The notes beneath the pieces are model-generated. The model searched no databases, had not been told where the DNA came from, and saw only the letters and a program-made list of their open reading frames with translations. From Haliotis cracherodii (taxonomy: Eukaryota): a DNA stretch of 64,000 bases. A program made the position numbers and the translations under genes. This document shows, piece by piece, positions 37,272 through 49,972 of this stretch; position 1 is the stretch's first letter; each line of letters begins with the position of its first letter. The DNA lies in NCBI RefSeq assembly GCF_022045235.1, contig NW_027266272.1:30318001-30382000 (forward strand). Reading direction: 5' to 3'.

Positions 37272-38452
37272 TGAGTCAAAGCATACAGGTTGTCCACTGG
37301 CAAATGCACCTACACACTTGAAAGTGCTTATGTATATTCATATGCACATGTACAGATTGAATATCTATTGATTTCTTCTGCTGTTTTACACAACCTATTT
37401 TTCATGTTGTAGACTGAGAATAGAATCAATATATGTCAGCAAGTACAAACAATATAACATTGACAAACTTGTTCTTACTTCGTCATGGCAACATTACCCA
37501 GATATTTCTCTCAAACATTAAATATGAAAATAATAACATTTAATAATGTTTTTATCCATTGACAATTGAACATATCTGCCAAAGATGAAACAAATTCTAT
37601 CCATCTGGACGAGCAATACACACGACAAATGATAAGCCGCTCAGCTGTCGGATATGAATTATCCTTATTCGACATACTCACTCTAAACATCATATTCATT
37701 GGGCAATGATACACTCAAAACAGTGCAGCTCTTGTAATCCTAACTCAAAACAAGCCATCTCATACACATGTTCGGTATTATCCTACCAATCTACTAAAAC
37801 AATTTTTTGAAACGTGGCACATTCCTGACAATGTAAGTGGTTCATAAATCTTGTCTTCTCAGAAAACTGTTAATAATGAATTGTCATGATCATCAAATTG
37901 TGAAGAACTCTCCCATGCAACCATAATGAGACAGTGTCTTAAGGTATAGGCAGTTTCAAGCAGCTTATAGTACTAACATGAAGCTATTTGGCTATACTGG
38001 CCCCTTGTACTGAAGTGTTATCTAACGCTCATGCACGATTGGCTTTGCACAAGGATGAGAGGCTGGTTACTTGATATCCACTTAAACAAACCTATAGAAG
38101 GTACACTATCACTAACATGCTCATAGCCAAGTGCCTCTTCATCTAGTTCAAAGGGTACACTCATTTGTGGGAAAGACTTTGAGGTCATAATTCTCAACCT
38201 CTTCCCTGGAATCTTTATGGACTTCAGTTAAAGCTATCTCAACACTTGAATTGAAAAGTTGAAATAAAAAAGTTCTGCCTCAATGACACTGTAAGTTAAC
38301 TGTGCCAGGATACACCCCAGCATCCTTACTTGCTTGTTAGTGATGAAGACCTGTTCTATGTGCTGGCGTCCATTTTCTGGCTATGTCTGTAGCCATTGTA
38401 GAGAATACCAGGTGGGAAATTAAGACATTCTTTCAGTGTAATTCAGGGGGAG

Positions 38453-38722
38453 GGGGGGGGACATAGGTCATCCCGTGTTCTAAGGTACCGCAATTCGCTG
38501 TACAGACTTGCGTCCCTTGGGCATGCTAGGAACCTATGTTTGTGGGTTTGAATGACTGATTTTTTTTCTAGGTTTGACAGCACTATACCCCTGCTTGTAT
38601 TTTCACAAAAGTGGCAAACATTTGAGACCTGCATCACTTTGGGCTTTCCACCCACATTACACTGACATGTCATGACATAACTCGAATACTGTTCAAAGCG
38701 GCGTTAAACCCAACTAACTCAC
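38453..38722 (+). mobile_element. SINE family B, diverged
   Basis: TTCGCTGTACAGACTTGCGTCCCTTGGGCA...GAGACCTGCATCACTT...GCGGCGTTAAACCCAACT. Confidence 0.88.
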
Positions 38723-39127
38723 TTTAGTGTCATCGGGTAACATTTAACTGTTAGATGGATCTTTATACTGAAATCTAAGATAGCAGACACAGAGGTGTTC
38801 AAAGGACAAGATTCAAACTTGTTGGGAATGTCTTTAAATACTGTCATAGCTCCCCTTTAAGAGACAGAGTGGCCACCATTGTAGATATAAATAGAAAGTG
38901 ACCATCAGCAAAGACCATCATGCAGCTGTGTTCTGAATGGTTGACTGTCACTCACTTTCCCCTACTGATGTCTCCAGGCTTAATTACTTACTGGCTCACC
39001 TGCAACACCCATGCTTGTTGTAAGCTAGATGATGATCATTGGCTGGCTATGGCTCTTCAGCATGACAAATACTTGGGACAGTATTTCTTATCAAGGATAT
39101 TGACTCCTGGCTCGGCGCATCGATGCT

Positions 39128-39250
39128 TGAGTGAGTTAGATTTTACATCACTTTTAGCAATATTCCAGCAATATCAAGGTGGGGGGACACTGTACTGGGG
39201 AACTAAACCTGGGTCTTCGATAAGATGAGACAAGGTCACCCCACCATCCC
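39128..39250 (-). mobile_element. SINE family A remnant abutting the 56-bp array
   Basis: GAGTGAG...TTTTAGCAATATTCCAGCAATATCA...GGGTCTTCG. Confidence 0.7.
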
Positions 39251-39258
39251 TGGTCCAT

Positions 39259-40600
39259 ACTTCAACACAGCATGTAACCTGACGATGACATGATTCACCT
39301 GGACAGGTAGATGGACTTCAACACAGCATGTAACCTGACGATGACATGATTCACCTGGACAGGTAGATGGACTTCAACACAGCATGTAACCTGACTATGA
39401 CATGATTCACCTGGACAGGTAGATGGACTTCAACACAGCATATAACCTGACTATGACATGATTCACCTGGACAGGTAGATGGACTTCAACACAGCATATA
39501 ACCTGACTATGACATGATTCACCTGGACAGGTAGATGGACTTCAACACAGCATGTAACCTGACGATGACATGATTCACCTGGACAGGTAGATGGACTTCA
39601 ACACAGCATGTAACCTGACAATGACATGATTCACCTGGACAGGTAGATGGACTTCAACACAGCATATAACCTGACGATGACATGATTCACCTGGACAGGT
39701 AGATGGACTTCGACACAGCATATAACCTGACAATGACATGATTCACCTGGACAGGTAGATGGACTTCAACACAGCATGTAACCTGACGATGACATGATTC
39801 ACCCTGACAGGTAGATGGACTTCAACACAGCATGTAACCTGACGATGACATGATTCACCTGGACAGGTAGATGGACTTCAACACAGCATGTAACCTGACG
39901 ATGACATGATTCACCTGGACAGGTAGATGGACTTCAACACAGCATGTAACCTGACGATGACATGATTCACCTGGACAGGTAGATGGACTTCAACACAGCA
40001 TATAACCTGACTATGACATGATTCACCTGGACAGGTAGATGGACTTCAACACAGCATGTAACCTGACGATGACATGATTCACCTGGACAGGTAGATGGAC
40101 TTCAACACAGCATGTAACCTGACGATGACATGATTCACCTGGACAGGTAGATGGACTTCAACACAGCATGTAACCTGACGATGACATGATTCACCTGGAC
40201 AGGTAGATGGACTTCAACACAGCATATAACCTGACTATGACATGATTCACCTGGACAGGTAGATGGACTTCAACACAGCATGTAACCTGACTATGACATG
40301 ATTCATCTGGACAGGTAGATGGACTTCAACACAGCATGTAACCTGACGATGACATGATTCACCTGGACAGGTAGATGGACTTCAACACAGCATATAACCT
40401 GACTATGACATGATTCATCTGGACAGGTAGATGGACTTCAACACAGCATGTAACCTGACGATGACATGATTCACCTGGACAGGTAGATGGACTTCGATAC
40501 AGCATATAACCTGACGATGACATGATTCACCTGGACAGGTAGATGGACTTCAACACAGCATATAACCTGACTATGGACATGAATGACCTGGACAGGTAGA
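39259..40600. repeat. Minisatellite, 56-bp unit, ~24 copies
   Basis: Unit TTCAACACAGCATGTAACCTGACGATGACATGATTCACCTGGACAGGTAGATGGAC. Confidence 0.97.
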
Positions 40601-41946
40601 GCAACGTCAATGTGATTTTAGTTAACTCGTGTGAGTGAGGTAATGAATGCCATGAAGACAAGTGTGTCATTAGTCAAAAACTCCCCAGGACCTAGAATGG
40701 GCAAATTGCAGTTCTATTTCAATATCAGTATAATAAACAGTTTCTGTTACATGAAAAACCTACAAGAGAGGAACCCCAGAGGTTCAGACAAGAGGAATGA
40801 AACCTGTCAAGTTTAACAATCAAAGAAACAATCACATATACATATAAAAATATCCGTTTCCATTCCATTCCATAGCAATAGAATATTTTTGTTGCAGGAT
40901 GCACAATGCAAATTCTTCTGACTCCTGAGGAGCCAAAAGCTCTTTAATTGTGAAGGCTCCAAACTAAGATTATGGAGCCAACCTTGAGGAAACATTCCAT
41001 CTAGATGTTTATTGGCATTATAAAACAAACACAAAAGTTGCCAAAGCAAAATTTAACCATGATGGCAACCAAATTAGTTGGCACTTTGGTTACATCTTAG
41101 TACTCTTTACTGCATCCAAAGATAGCCTCCTTCCCTGTACTAAGACTAAAACAGCATATTTCCACCATTACCAAGATAAGATCAAATCCGTTCCAATCGA
41201 TTACCTGTTCACAACACTGAAGCACATAGGTTGTTTTTGTGCAGCAAATGAATCAATTCCCAGTACCAAATTAAAGCCCGATTTCCTTTCCCTACAATGT
41301 CCAGTCACCAATTGATAGTGCCCCCTGCTGGACCATAAAGCCACCGACAAATGTGGGATCAAAGCTCTAACTGTCACCTCCATTATTCTTCATCTACTGT
41401 GGAGCGCAATGCCGTACCAGATAAAACATAAACAACTTTGAAGTTTCCATCCACAATCTGAAGACAAAAGCCGTCAATCCCCATGTCTCCAAAAGCAATC
41501 ATTTATTTGGAAAATGTTGTGTTTATTTCTAATTTATTTCAGCATAGATTATTACTGGGAGTGAGTGTTAATCCAGAGGCAACTAGATTTAATGGAGGGA
41601 TTAATGTTGAAGCAAGATGGGTCAAAGTGGGCTTTTGGTAATACACAGTAATCGCATCTACGACACCACATCTCCATGTCAAAGCAAGGTTGGGGGAATT
41701 TCCCAGCGGCTGTAATGGATCCCTGGTTCATGTACTGCTTGAGGTTATGGGAGTGGTGCAGCTTCAAATCTGCTTTCACGGGTCTTCTTCTATCCAGGCT
41801 AATCAGCCACCATCAAACAAGCTCCACACAGGCATGGGATATAGGATCCGTTCCAGAAACGAAACACAAAAACGAACACCTTTCATCTTCCAAAAGCATG
41901 AAATCTGTCTTGCATGGACCACTTTTAAGCATAAAATTGGACTGAC

Positions 41947-42170
41947 GCACAGTTATCCATGAGTGCGCTTCACCACCTTAAAGCAAAACACTGGGCCGAT
42001 GCAAAGTTATCTATGAATGTACTTAATCACTTATTAGGAAAATATTGGGCCAATGCACAGTATCTATGAGAGCACTTAATCACCTTTAAGCAAAATATTG
42101 GGCCAATGCACAGTATCTATGAGTGCACTTAATCACCTTTAAGCAAAATATTGGGCCAATGCACAGTTAT
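41947..42170. repeat. Minisatellite, ~53-bp unit, ~4 copies
   Basis: Unit GCACAGTATCTATGAGAGCACTTAATCACCTTTAAGCAAAATATTGGGCCAAT. Confidence 0.85.
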
Positions 42171-42801
42171 ACACGAGTATAAGTAACCAACTGAATGGCT
42201 TTGAAAGTGACTTGAGTTTCAGTACACCATCATCACAGCGTCTCCTTGCAATAGTTCAGGGGCATCCAGTCTCTGGCTCTACTGATACGTACTATATCTC
42301 CTCTTATCAGACATATTCACTCATATGCATTTTTCAGACATTTTATGTACCAGCATTTATTGGAAACCCATTATGTATAAGAAATCAGCCTCTTTTTCTT
42401 CACCATAAGTTAGGGACCATTCATTATACGGTCTTGAATCTGGGAATCATTCATTTACTGCTTTACTCGATGCAGCATCCATTAGAAACTTGGACTTGAT
42501 TTATCCAATTTGGTTGCACTCCAGCGTCTACTAGAGCAGCAGCTTTTATTAGAGGAAATATTGTATGTTCTCTTCAAGCTGTTACACATATCAGTGATAA
42601 GGACACCGCCTGAACGAATAATAGTGTCCTTCCCGTTGCTCTTGTAAATACATCAACTGTTAAGCTTTGACCTATCCAGTAGTAACTCTTGTTGTACTGG
42701 AGCTGACACAAGATATAGATCACTATATCCACTGGTGGCATCTGGTGTTGGTAGTTAAGAACAGAACATCGAAACTTATAAATAGAACATATTTTCCGAT
42801 A

Positions 42802-43930
42802 CCATATTTTCTTGAGTGCGCACTTTTTTTCTAAAAAAAACACAGCTGTGTACAAGGGGGTGCGCATAATACACGCCATAATGTGTTTTGATGTTTTCCC
42901 CCCCAACAGAAAGACATTACTGTGAGCACGAAACACCGGAAATACCATGTCAACAAATCCGTACTGAAGTACGCAAATTAATCATGTAATTACATTGTCT
43001 GGTCATAAAAAGTGTTTTTTGTATATCTGGACTTATGTTTGTAACTTATTTCATTAATGTTATTCAAAAGTCCTTTTTATATTGTTTTGATTAAAAATTT
43101 GATTTGAAATCATGTGTGAAGCAATCGGAAGATCGCACAACTCACCGTTAACGGTAATTAACATCAACCACAGTCAGATTACCGTCATTGACGCCTTGAA
43201 ACAAACTTTAGAGAATGGATACATAAATCATAAATGCCATGATTCGTTAAAAGTCATATTTGTTATAGTTTGACGATTCTATGTCAACACGTAGTTCTCA
43301 CAATCACGTGCGCTGGAGCCTTAACGGTGACTGTACAAACTGGTTCCATGTGAAAAATAATAACCGTCAATAGTGATCAGCTGCTACGCTTAGGGTTATT
43401 ATTATTTTAAATATATTCAGTAAAAGCTGCAATTAAATTAACAAAATATTGGAATATATTATTCCTGATAAAAAAATCATTTCAGATACAATTTTTGCCT
43501 ATCCGTGCATTAAAATCCTGTAAAGTTATATCATTGGGTGAGTCTTGACCAAATCACTGGTAGATCCCAAGAAAACTTGTGTACAGCTGATTGCTGTTTC
43601 CGGCTCAGTTTACAAGAAAATACACAAGGTAATCTTAGTCCCTGGATGTAAAACAATGCCTAGCAGAACAAAAAATACAATCTAAACAGTAAATCAACAT
43701 GTCTGGTGAATTTTTCATCTCAAATTTCAAATTTGTACTAACCAAGTTTCTCATCACACATTCGTTTTCTGGAATTCCCTGAAGTGGGAGGGTGTAATAT
43801 TTTTCTGCGCATAATAGCTATATATTCAAAATTATTTTATTCAAAAATACTGAATCCACTAGAGGGGGGTGCGCACATTATACTTGGGTACGCATTACAC
43901 TTGGGTGCACACTATACTCAAGAAAATATG
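42802..43930. mobile_element. Non-autonomous pogo/Tc1-mariner element with TA TSD
   Basis: TA|CCATATTTTCTTGAGT ... ACTCAAGAAAATATG|TA, with subterminal GGGTGCGCA-TTATAC repeats at both ends. Confidence 0.85.
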
Positions 43931-44218
43931 TAAAGAGATCCACGTAGCTGATGGTGACAATGTATTTCACATGCAAGGATGATCAAAGTATCAAGATTAA
44001 AACAACATGTTTCTATAAATAAATAATTGCATGTCGACCCTGCATGAGCAAATATTGTTTTTTGTTGTGTAATGCTGCACTCATCAACAATCCAGTGATT
44101 TACATCATGACCATCGATTAACGCAACTGGGATGTGATGACATTCAATTAATGATGTTATTAATTAAGTCTAACCACCCAATCCCTTCAGTTGCCTCTAC
44201 TGCCTCCTCGCACAGGTG

Positions 44219-45282
44219 CACACAACCCACGCCGCCAATACTGTTAGATGACAGGGCTCCACACACACAACCCACGCCGCTAATACTGTTAGATGACAGG
44301 GCTCCACATACACAACCCACGCCCCCAATACTGTTAGATGACAGGGCTCCACAGACACAACCCATACCACCAATACTGTTAGATGACAGGGCTCCACAGA
44401 CACAACCCACGCCCCCAATACTGTTAGATGACAGGGCTCCACAAACACAACCCACGCTGCCAATACTGTTACATGACAGGGCTCCACACACACAACCCAT
44501 ACCACCAATACTGTTACATGACAGCGCTCCACACACACAACCCACGCTGCCAATACTGTTACATGACTGGCTCCACACAAACAACCCACGCCACCAATAC
44601 TGTTAGATGACAGGGCTCCACACACACAACCCACGCCCCCAATACTGTTAGATGACAGGGCTCCACACACACAACCCATGCTGCCAATACTGTTACATGA
44701 CAGGGCTCCACATACACAACCCACGCCACCAATACTGTTAGATGACAGGGTTCCACACACACAACCCACGCCGCCCATACTGTTACATGACAGCGCTCCA
44801 CACACACAACCCATGCCGCCAATACTGTTACATGACAGGCTCCATACACACAACCCACGCCGCCAATACTGTTATATGACAGGGCTCCACACACACAACC
44901 CACGCCCCCAATACTGTTAGATGACAGGGCTCCACACACACAACCCACGCCGCCAATACTGTTACATGACAGGCTCCACACACACAACCCACGCCGCCAA
45001 TACTGTTATATGACAGGGCTCCACACACACAACCCACGCCGCCAATACTGTTAGATGACAGGGCTCCACACACACAACCCACGCCGCCAATACTGTTAGA
45101 TGACAGGGCTCCACACACACAACCCACGCCACCAATACTGTTAGATGACAGGGCTCCACACACACAACCCACGCCGCCAATACCGTTAGATGACAGGGCT
45201 CCACACACACAACCCACACCGCCAATACTGTTAGATGACAGGGCTCCACACACACAACCAACCCACCCCACCCCACCAATAC
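44219..45282. repeat. Minisatellite, 45-bp unit, ~23 copies
   Basis: Unit CACAACCCACGCCGCCAATACTGTTAGATGACAGGGCTCCACACA. Confidence 0.97.
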
Positions 45283-45289
45283 TTTTGTT

Positions 45290-45523
45290 CATTTGATGTT
45301 GAACTCTGCACTCAGCAATAATCTATCTACATGACACTGGTTTGTAAATAATTAATTATGGACTAGACAAACCAGTGATCAATATTAGGAGCAACATCCA
45401 ATGGCATCAGGGTACAATGACATGCATCCTACCAAATCACAGAGCCTGACCACCCAATCACTTCTTGCCTTGTAGAACAATCAAAGGATGTCAGAAACCT
45501 TTCTAACACTTAATCCCCACAGG
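45290..45523 (-). mobile_element. Family C retroposon, strongly degraded
   Basis: GCACTCAGCAATA, GGACTAGACAAACCAGTGAT, GAGCCTGACCACCCAATC. Confidence 0.7.
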
Positions 45524-46755
45524 AACCTGCTATCCTGAATATCATGTTAAATACTCCTTTCAATAAAGCATGGCTAATATATAATTTAGCACGAGCCTAT
45601 TTCAACAAGCTCTCTTTTCCCATATATCAAAATCAGGGCTGCCATATCCATGTAACAAACAACATCATAAAATGTTGGGCCAAAATGAAAAAATTTCTTT
45701 ATAGCTCCGTGATCAAGAAGACAATCCTGCTCCACATCAACTTGAATGGAAAACCCATCAAATTAAAGGTCCACAGAACATCTTGACAGCATGGAGTGCA
45801 TATTTCACATACAGCTTTGATTTGTTTTTATATTAAACATACAAAAAGTATAAGAGGCATGAAAGCATAAGTGCCTGAGGCACTCTTTAATGAAGTTGCA
45901 AAGAACATGTCCATTCCAATTAGAAGACTGAAGAATTAAGTATCTTTAAGTATCTTTAACCCCGAAACAAAGGAAAGATTAAAGACAAGCCAGGAAATAC
46001 TTAAGTCAGATGTCTCTCTTTGTCAATCTTAAATCAAGGTCCAGCGATTCAAAGACAAAACTGCTTATGAAATCATCTTCAAAAGACTTTAATCTTTGAT
46101 ATGATAAAAATAATTCTTCTGGCAAAACCTGTTTGGAAAAACTACTGGGCAGTTCTTGGTTATTCATATGAGCAGGTGTCAGTTTCAGTCGATGTGAGGC
46201 TGATTACAGTTGGAGGGTTAACCAACCTTGCCAAATGTCTTAGTTTGTAATCAGGATGAAATATCATCCTCTGTACTTGCACATTGTGTTGACATGATAA
46301 CCTTTTGATGAAAGATAAGAAGAGAGAATCGCATGAACAGCATCTTTGATAAAAAAAAGAAAAACACCTTTGTTGATTTCATGAAATGTCATGGGTTGCT
46401 TTAAACTTCATATTGTAGATAGACAGATTATTTCAAAATACCGTAGTTCCTCACACCATTTTGTAATAATTAGTGCCCTAGCTACTTACGTTTGTCCTTA
46501 AGTTTGGCCAAAATAAGCAAACTGCCCTGATATGGGTGTTAAACATTGGTTTGCTTCAACTACAAGTTAAGCCCAGGACAATCATGCAACATTCATTCTA
46601 GGAGCGATTGATTATACAGCAGAGGCTCAATGACAAGAACATAGCTGTTTCTGACAAGTAAGACCTCGATGTGGAGAGTGATGATATTCATCCTACTATT
46701 GGGCTTTCTGATAACAACATAAATATCATCCACAGCTCAACACAGTGGCAAATTG

Positions 46756-46864
46756 AATTGTTTGATAGGCATTACTTAGAAGTTGGCGGATGACAACGGT
46801 TTAAGGATCGAAACCGAAACGTCGCTTTTTGCAGTATTACAGAAGTTGATTGTGTCTACTTTGT
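46756..46864 (+). mobile_element. 109-bp insertion with degenerate minimal-hammerhead-like motif (Penelope-like pLTR fragment?)
   Basis: Direct repeats CAGTGGCAAATTG at 46743-46755 and 46865-46877; internal GATGACAACGGTTT-AAGGATCG-AAACC-GAAAC-GTC. Confidence 0.55.
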
Positions 46865-48514
46865 CAGTGGCAAATTGCTTGGGGGATATTGAAATAAATG
46901 TCACTCATGCATTGTTTTCAATGTAAACTTAAGTATAAACATAAATATTTGAAGCAATCAAGAATAAAGGTCTTAATGAAAGACCAAACAAGATTGTGAA
47001 GAAAGTAACAGATATAGCAGCATCAATGTTTCATGTTGATGGCCATGGCAGCATCAAAATACAATCAAAACAGATTCATAAGTCTTTTTACATACCACAT
47101 ACCTACTGTATGATGTGTATCAAATTTCATGACACGAGGCAAAAATGGCTGGAGTAATGGTTCTGAAAATAGTAATGGCTATGAAAATATTTCAATATGG
47201 CCATCATAATGTCTAAGACTGGATTTAAATTCTGAGGCATATAGCTGGAATCAACAATGCAAAGTTTGTATAAAAGGTAAAGGATTAAGATGAACATGTT
47301 GACTTCAGATACTGTGTCACCACACAAGCTAATTTGAACTTTCAGTTCTTCAAAGCTAAAATTATGCCGATTGAATTATCTTATAAACCAATTCAAAATT
47401 ACAAACTTCAGTTCATGTTCACATTTTCTATTACAGATTTTTTTTAAAACTCTTTTCTGCATTAAACCAGCAACAACTCAACAAGATGACTGTTGTAGTT
47501 TCTCGAGTTATCAGTTAGGTGACTTCTAAACCAGAAAAGCCATAATGTCCATATCATCATAAGTATTACTGTTTATAAGTAATCAATACATTTATATGAT
47601 AACAGGTCCTTTTACATCAAAAGCATAAAAGTTGGAATCATGTCAATTTCATGAAATCCGAAATGAATATGAAAGTTAATGACTCTTTTATCAGTCACTG
47701 TCGAACAGAAACATATGACAACACCAGAACGTCCCACATACCTCCAGAAATGTGACACGTCTAATAGAATTTGTCATTCATAATTGATCATTCATTGGAA
47801 TGCATTGAAATTGAGAACAGTGTGGAAAAACCTATTAGTATCAGTGATTTTCAAGCAACAAGGATGTATTTGTTCTACTGACACTGGTTGAATGAATTAC
47901 TTAGTCATGGCTTCATACGCTATCAAGGATTAAGTCGATGATCAATATTGTCTTGCTGTAATTACCTTATCTACTGACTGAAGGAATTATCCTTATCCTA
48001 CAAGCACGCTCAAAACAACCGACAAGTCTGACGACAAATCTGCCTAATTAGTTTATCCACGAAAATACTCATACAATATTAAAACCGAATCATCTGTTTT
48101 CTATGGTTTCCTGGTGTCAAGAATACATTTCTCACATATTGTTGACAAAGTTTGTGAATGCAACATATATGATCAATAGACCGGTCATCAAACAAAGAAA
48201 CAACTCACCGACAGGCTGATGTTATATAGTGCTTAGACTATTGCAGCCCATACCATGACACACACTAACTCCTTTTGCTAAGATCACTTCATGCACATTG
48301 GCCCATGACAGGGAACAGCAGACATATAAATAATATTCATTGATTTTTTTATTCTGTAACAGAACAGGATCAATATACATTATCACTCTCCAAATATAAT
48401 AATCAAGTGGTGTATTTTCTTTATACAGTAAAATGTGAGATCTTGACAGGACAGCATACACTTCAAGTGGACTTATATAAAGTAAAACATGAGAGCCTCA
48501 CAGGACAGTATATA

Positions 48515-49794
48515 CCATATATGACCACGTATAAGCTGAATTTTGAGGACCAGAAAAAAGATTCTGTAGAAAGGGGTCGGCTTATCCACGGGATACACTT
48601 TCATGATAGTATTTTTCAGATCATGATCTGTCAGAAACATCGCCTGAATGACGCTCCGATAGATCACAACTTCCCGAAAGTTTGGAAGTTGCCACGATTA
48701 GAGCCATTGTTGTTATAAATTATCAATAAAGTTATTATCATACACCAATGTTGTCATTATTAAAAAAATGTTATGCATGTTACTACTTCCGATAATAAGT
48801 TTTCAATTGAATGTTCAAAGTTTATCGTTCTTCGTAAACTCCACAATCTTTACATGTAACAATATATGTCATTCACAGCTATAACATATAATCCCCAGAT
48901 GAAATCGCCAATAGCTATTACGTACGTTTTGCAAAAGTTCATAAATTGATTGTGAACAAGTGTCTACCTTTATTGAAAGAGGCAAATAAACAACTGTATC
49001 GGCGAGTTATTCCATTCGCCATTTGCAAAAACATGTGATCAGCTGTTTCCTGTGACGTCACAAACAGTGACCACTGTGATTGCTTCCTGTTGTCTAAAAA
49101 GCAACACAGTACACAAGGAAATGAGCATTGATAATAACCCGCCGATTGGTATTGTCATGTTGTTTACACAAACATTTTCAAGTTGTGGGTGCTTAGCGAT
49201 CGTGTTGGGAGTAGGGGTTTAATTCCTTTGTTTTCGAGAGATTAGTTTAATAAACTGGAGAAGCCTGTGAGTAATTGATGGTCATTCAATGTGTTCATAG
49301 TATGATAGTTTATTTAATTCAATTGGATTAACATACAATAGTGGTGTAAAGGGGGTTATAAAAGTTGGTATATTTTTACTGACTGACTGCTGAATTCAAA
49401 CTGCACGTCTTCACTCTAGCTGATATATTTTCTCACGGGTTCATAATTCTATATACACCGATTCACAAAATGGCGCTTCGTTGTTGATGGCAACCTATAA
49501 CAATCATTATGAGATTTTAAAAACCCACGAGAAACAGCTTCCCACATTATTAAAGTGGATGACTGGTTTGTTAACTCTTTATTAGAAATAATAATGACTT
49601 TTTCAATATAATTACAACGTTTTTCATCTTATAGTTTTGAATATCTGCGAGTACCGGCACATGTCTTGCAGTCAGACTTCGTAGTGTTTTTTGCCTTTCA
49701 ATTCCTGGTTCGGCTTATCTGCGGGTCATATCATTTTCTTTCGTATTTCAATGGTCAAGTTAACACCTCGGCTTATCTACGGGGTCATATACGG
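48515..49794. mobile_element. Non-autonomous pogo/Tc1-mariner element (1280 bp), TA TSD
   Basis: TA|CCATATATGACCACGTATAAGCTG ... CGGCTTATCTACGGGGTCATATACGG|TA; subterminal TCGGCTTATC repeats. Confidence 0.9.
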
Positions 49795-49813
49795 TACTTC
49801 AAGTGGGCTTATA

Positions 49814-49972
49814 CAGGGTTCACTCTGGGAATTTTCTAAAATGGGCCCTTATGTGAAAATTTCAAATATTCCAGAGGTACACCCATACAGCACAATGATA
49901 AAATTTGAAAATGTGGGCTTTTTTCAAATTTAGGGGCTAAAAGCACAAGGACCCACCCTAGAATTATCCCTG
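49814..49972. mobile_element. 159-bp MITE with CAGGG...CCCTG ends (hAT-like)
   Basis: TIR CAGGGTTCACTCTGGG vs CAGGGATAATTCTAGG (12/16); CTTATA duplicated on both flanks. Confidence 0.7.

Noticed and set aside
39259-40600. Arrays as CRISPR, or CTGACGA in the 56-bp unit as a hammerhead satellite
   Set aside because: No unique spacers or cas genes, and the DNA is eukaryotic; the unit lacks the GAAA strand.
36089-45292. Repetitive ORFs in the 42-bp and 45-bp arrays (including Cys/Gly-rich ones)
   Set aside because: Unit lengths are divisible by 3 and indels break the frames at random; no evidence of coding constraint.
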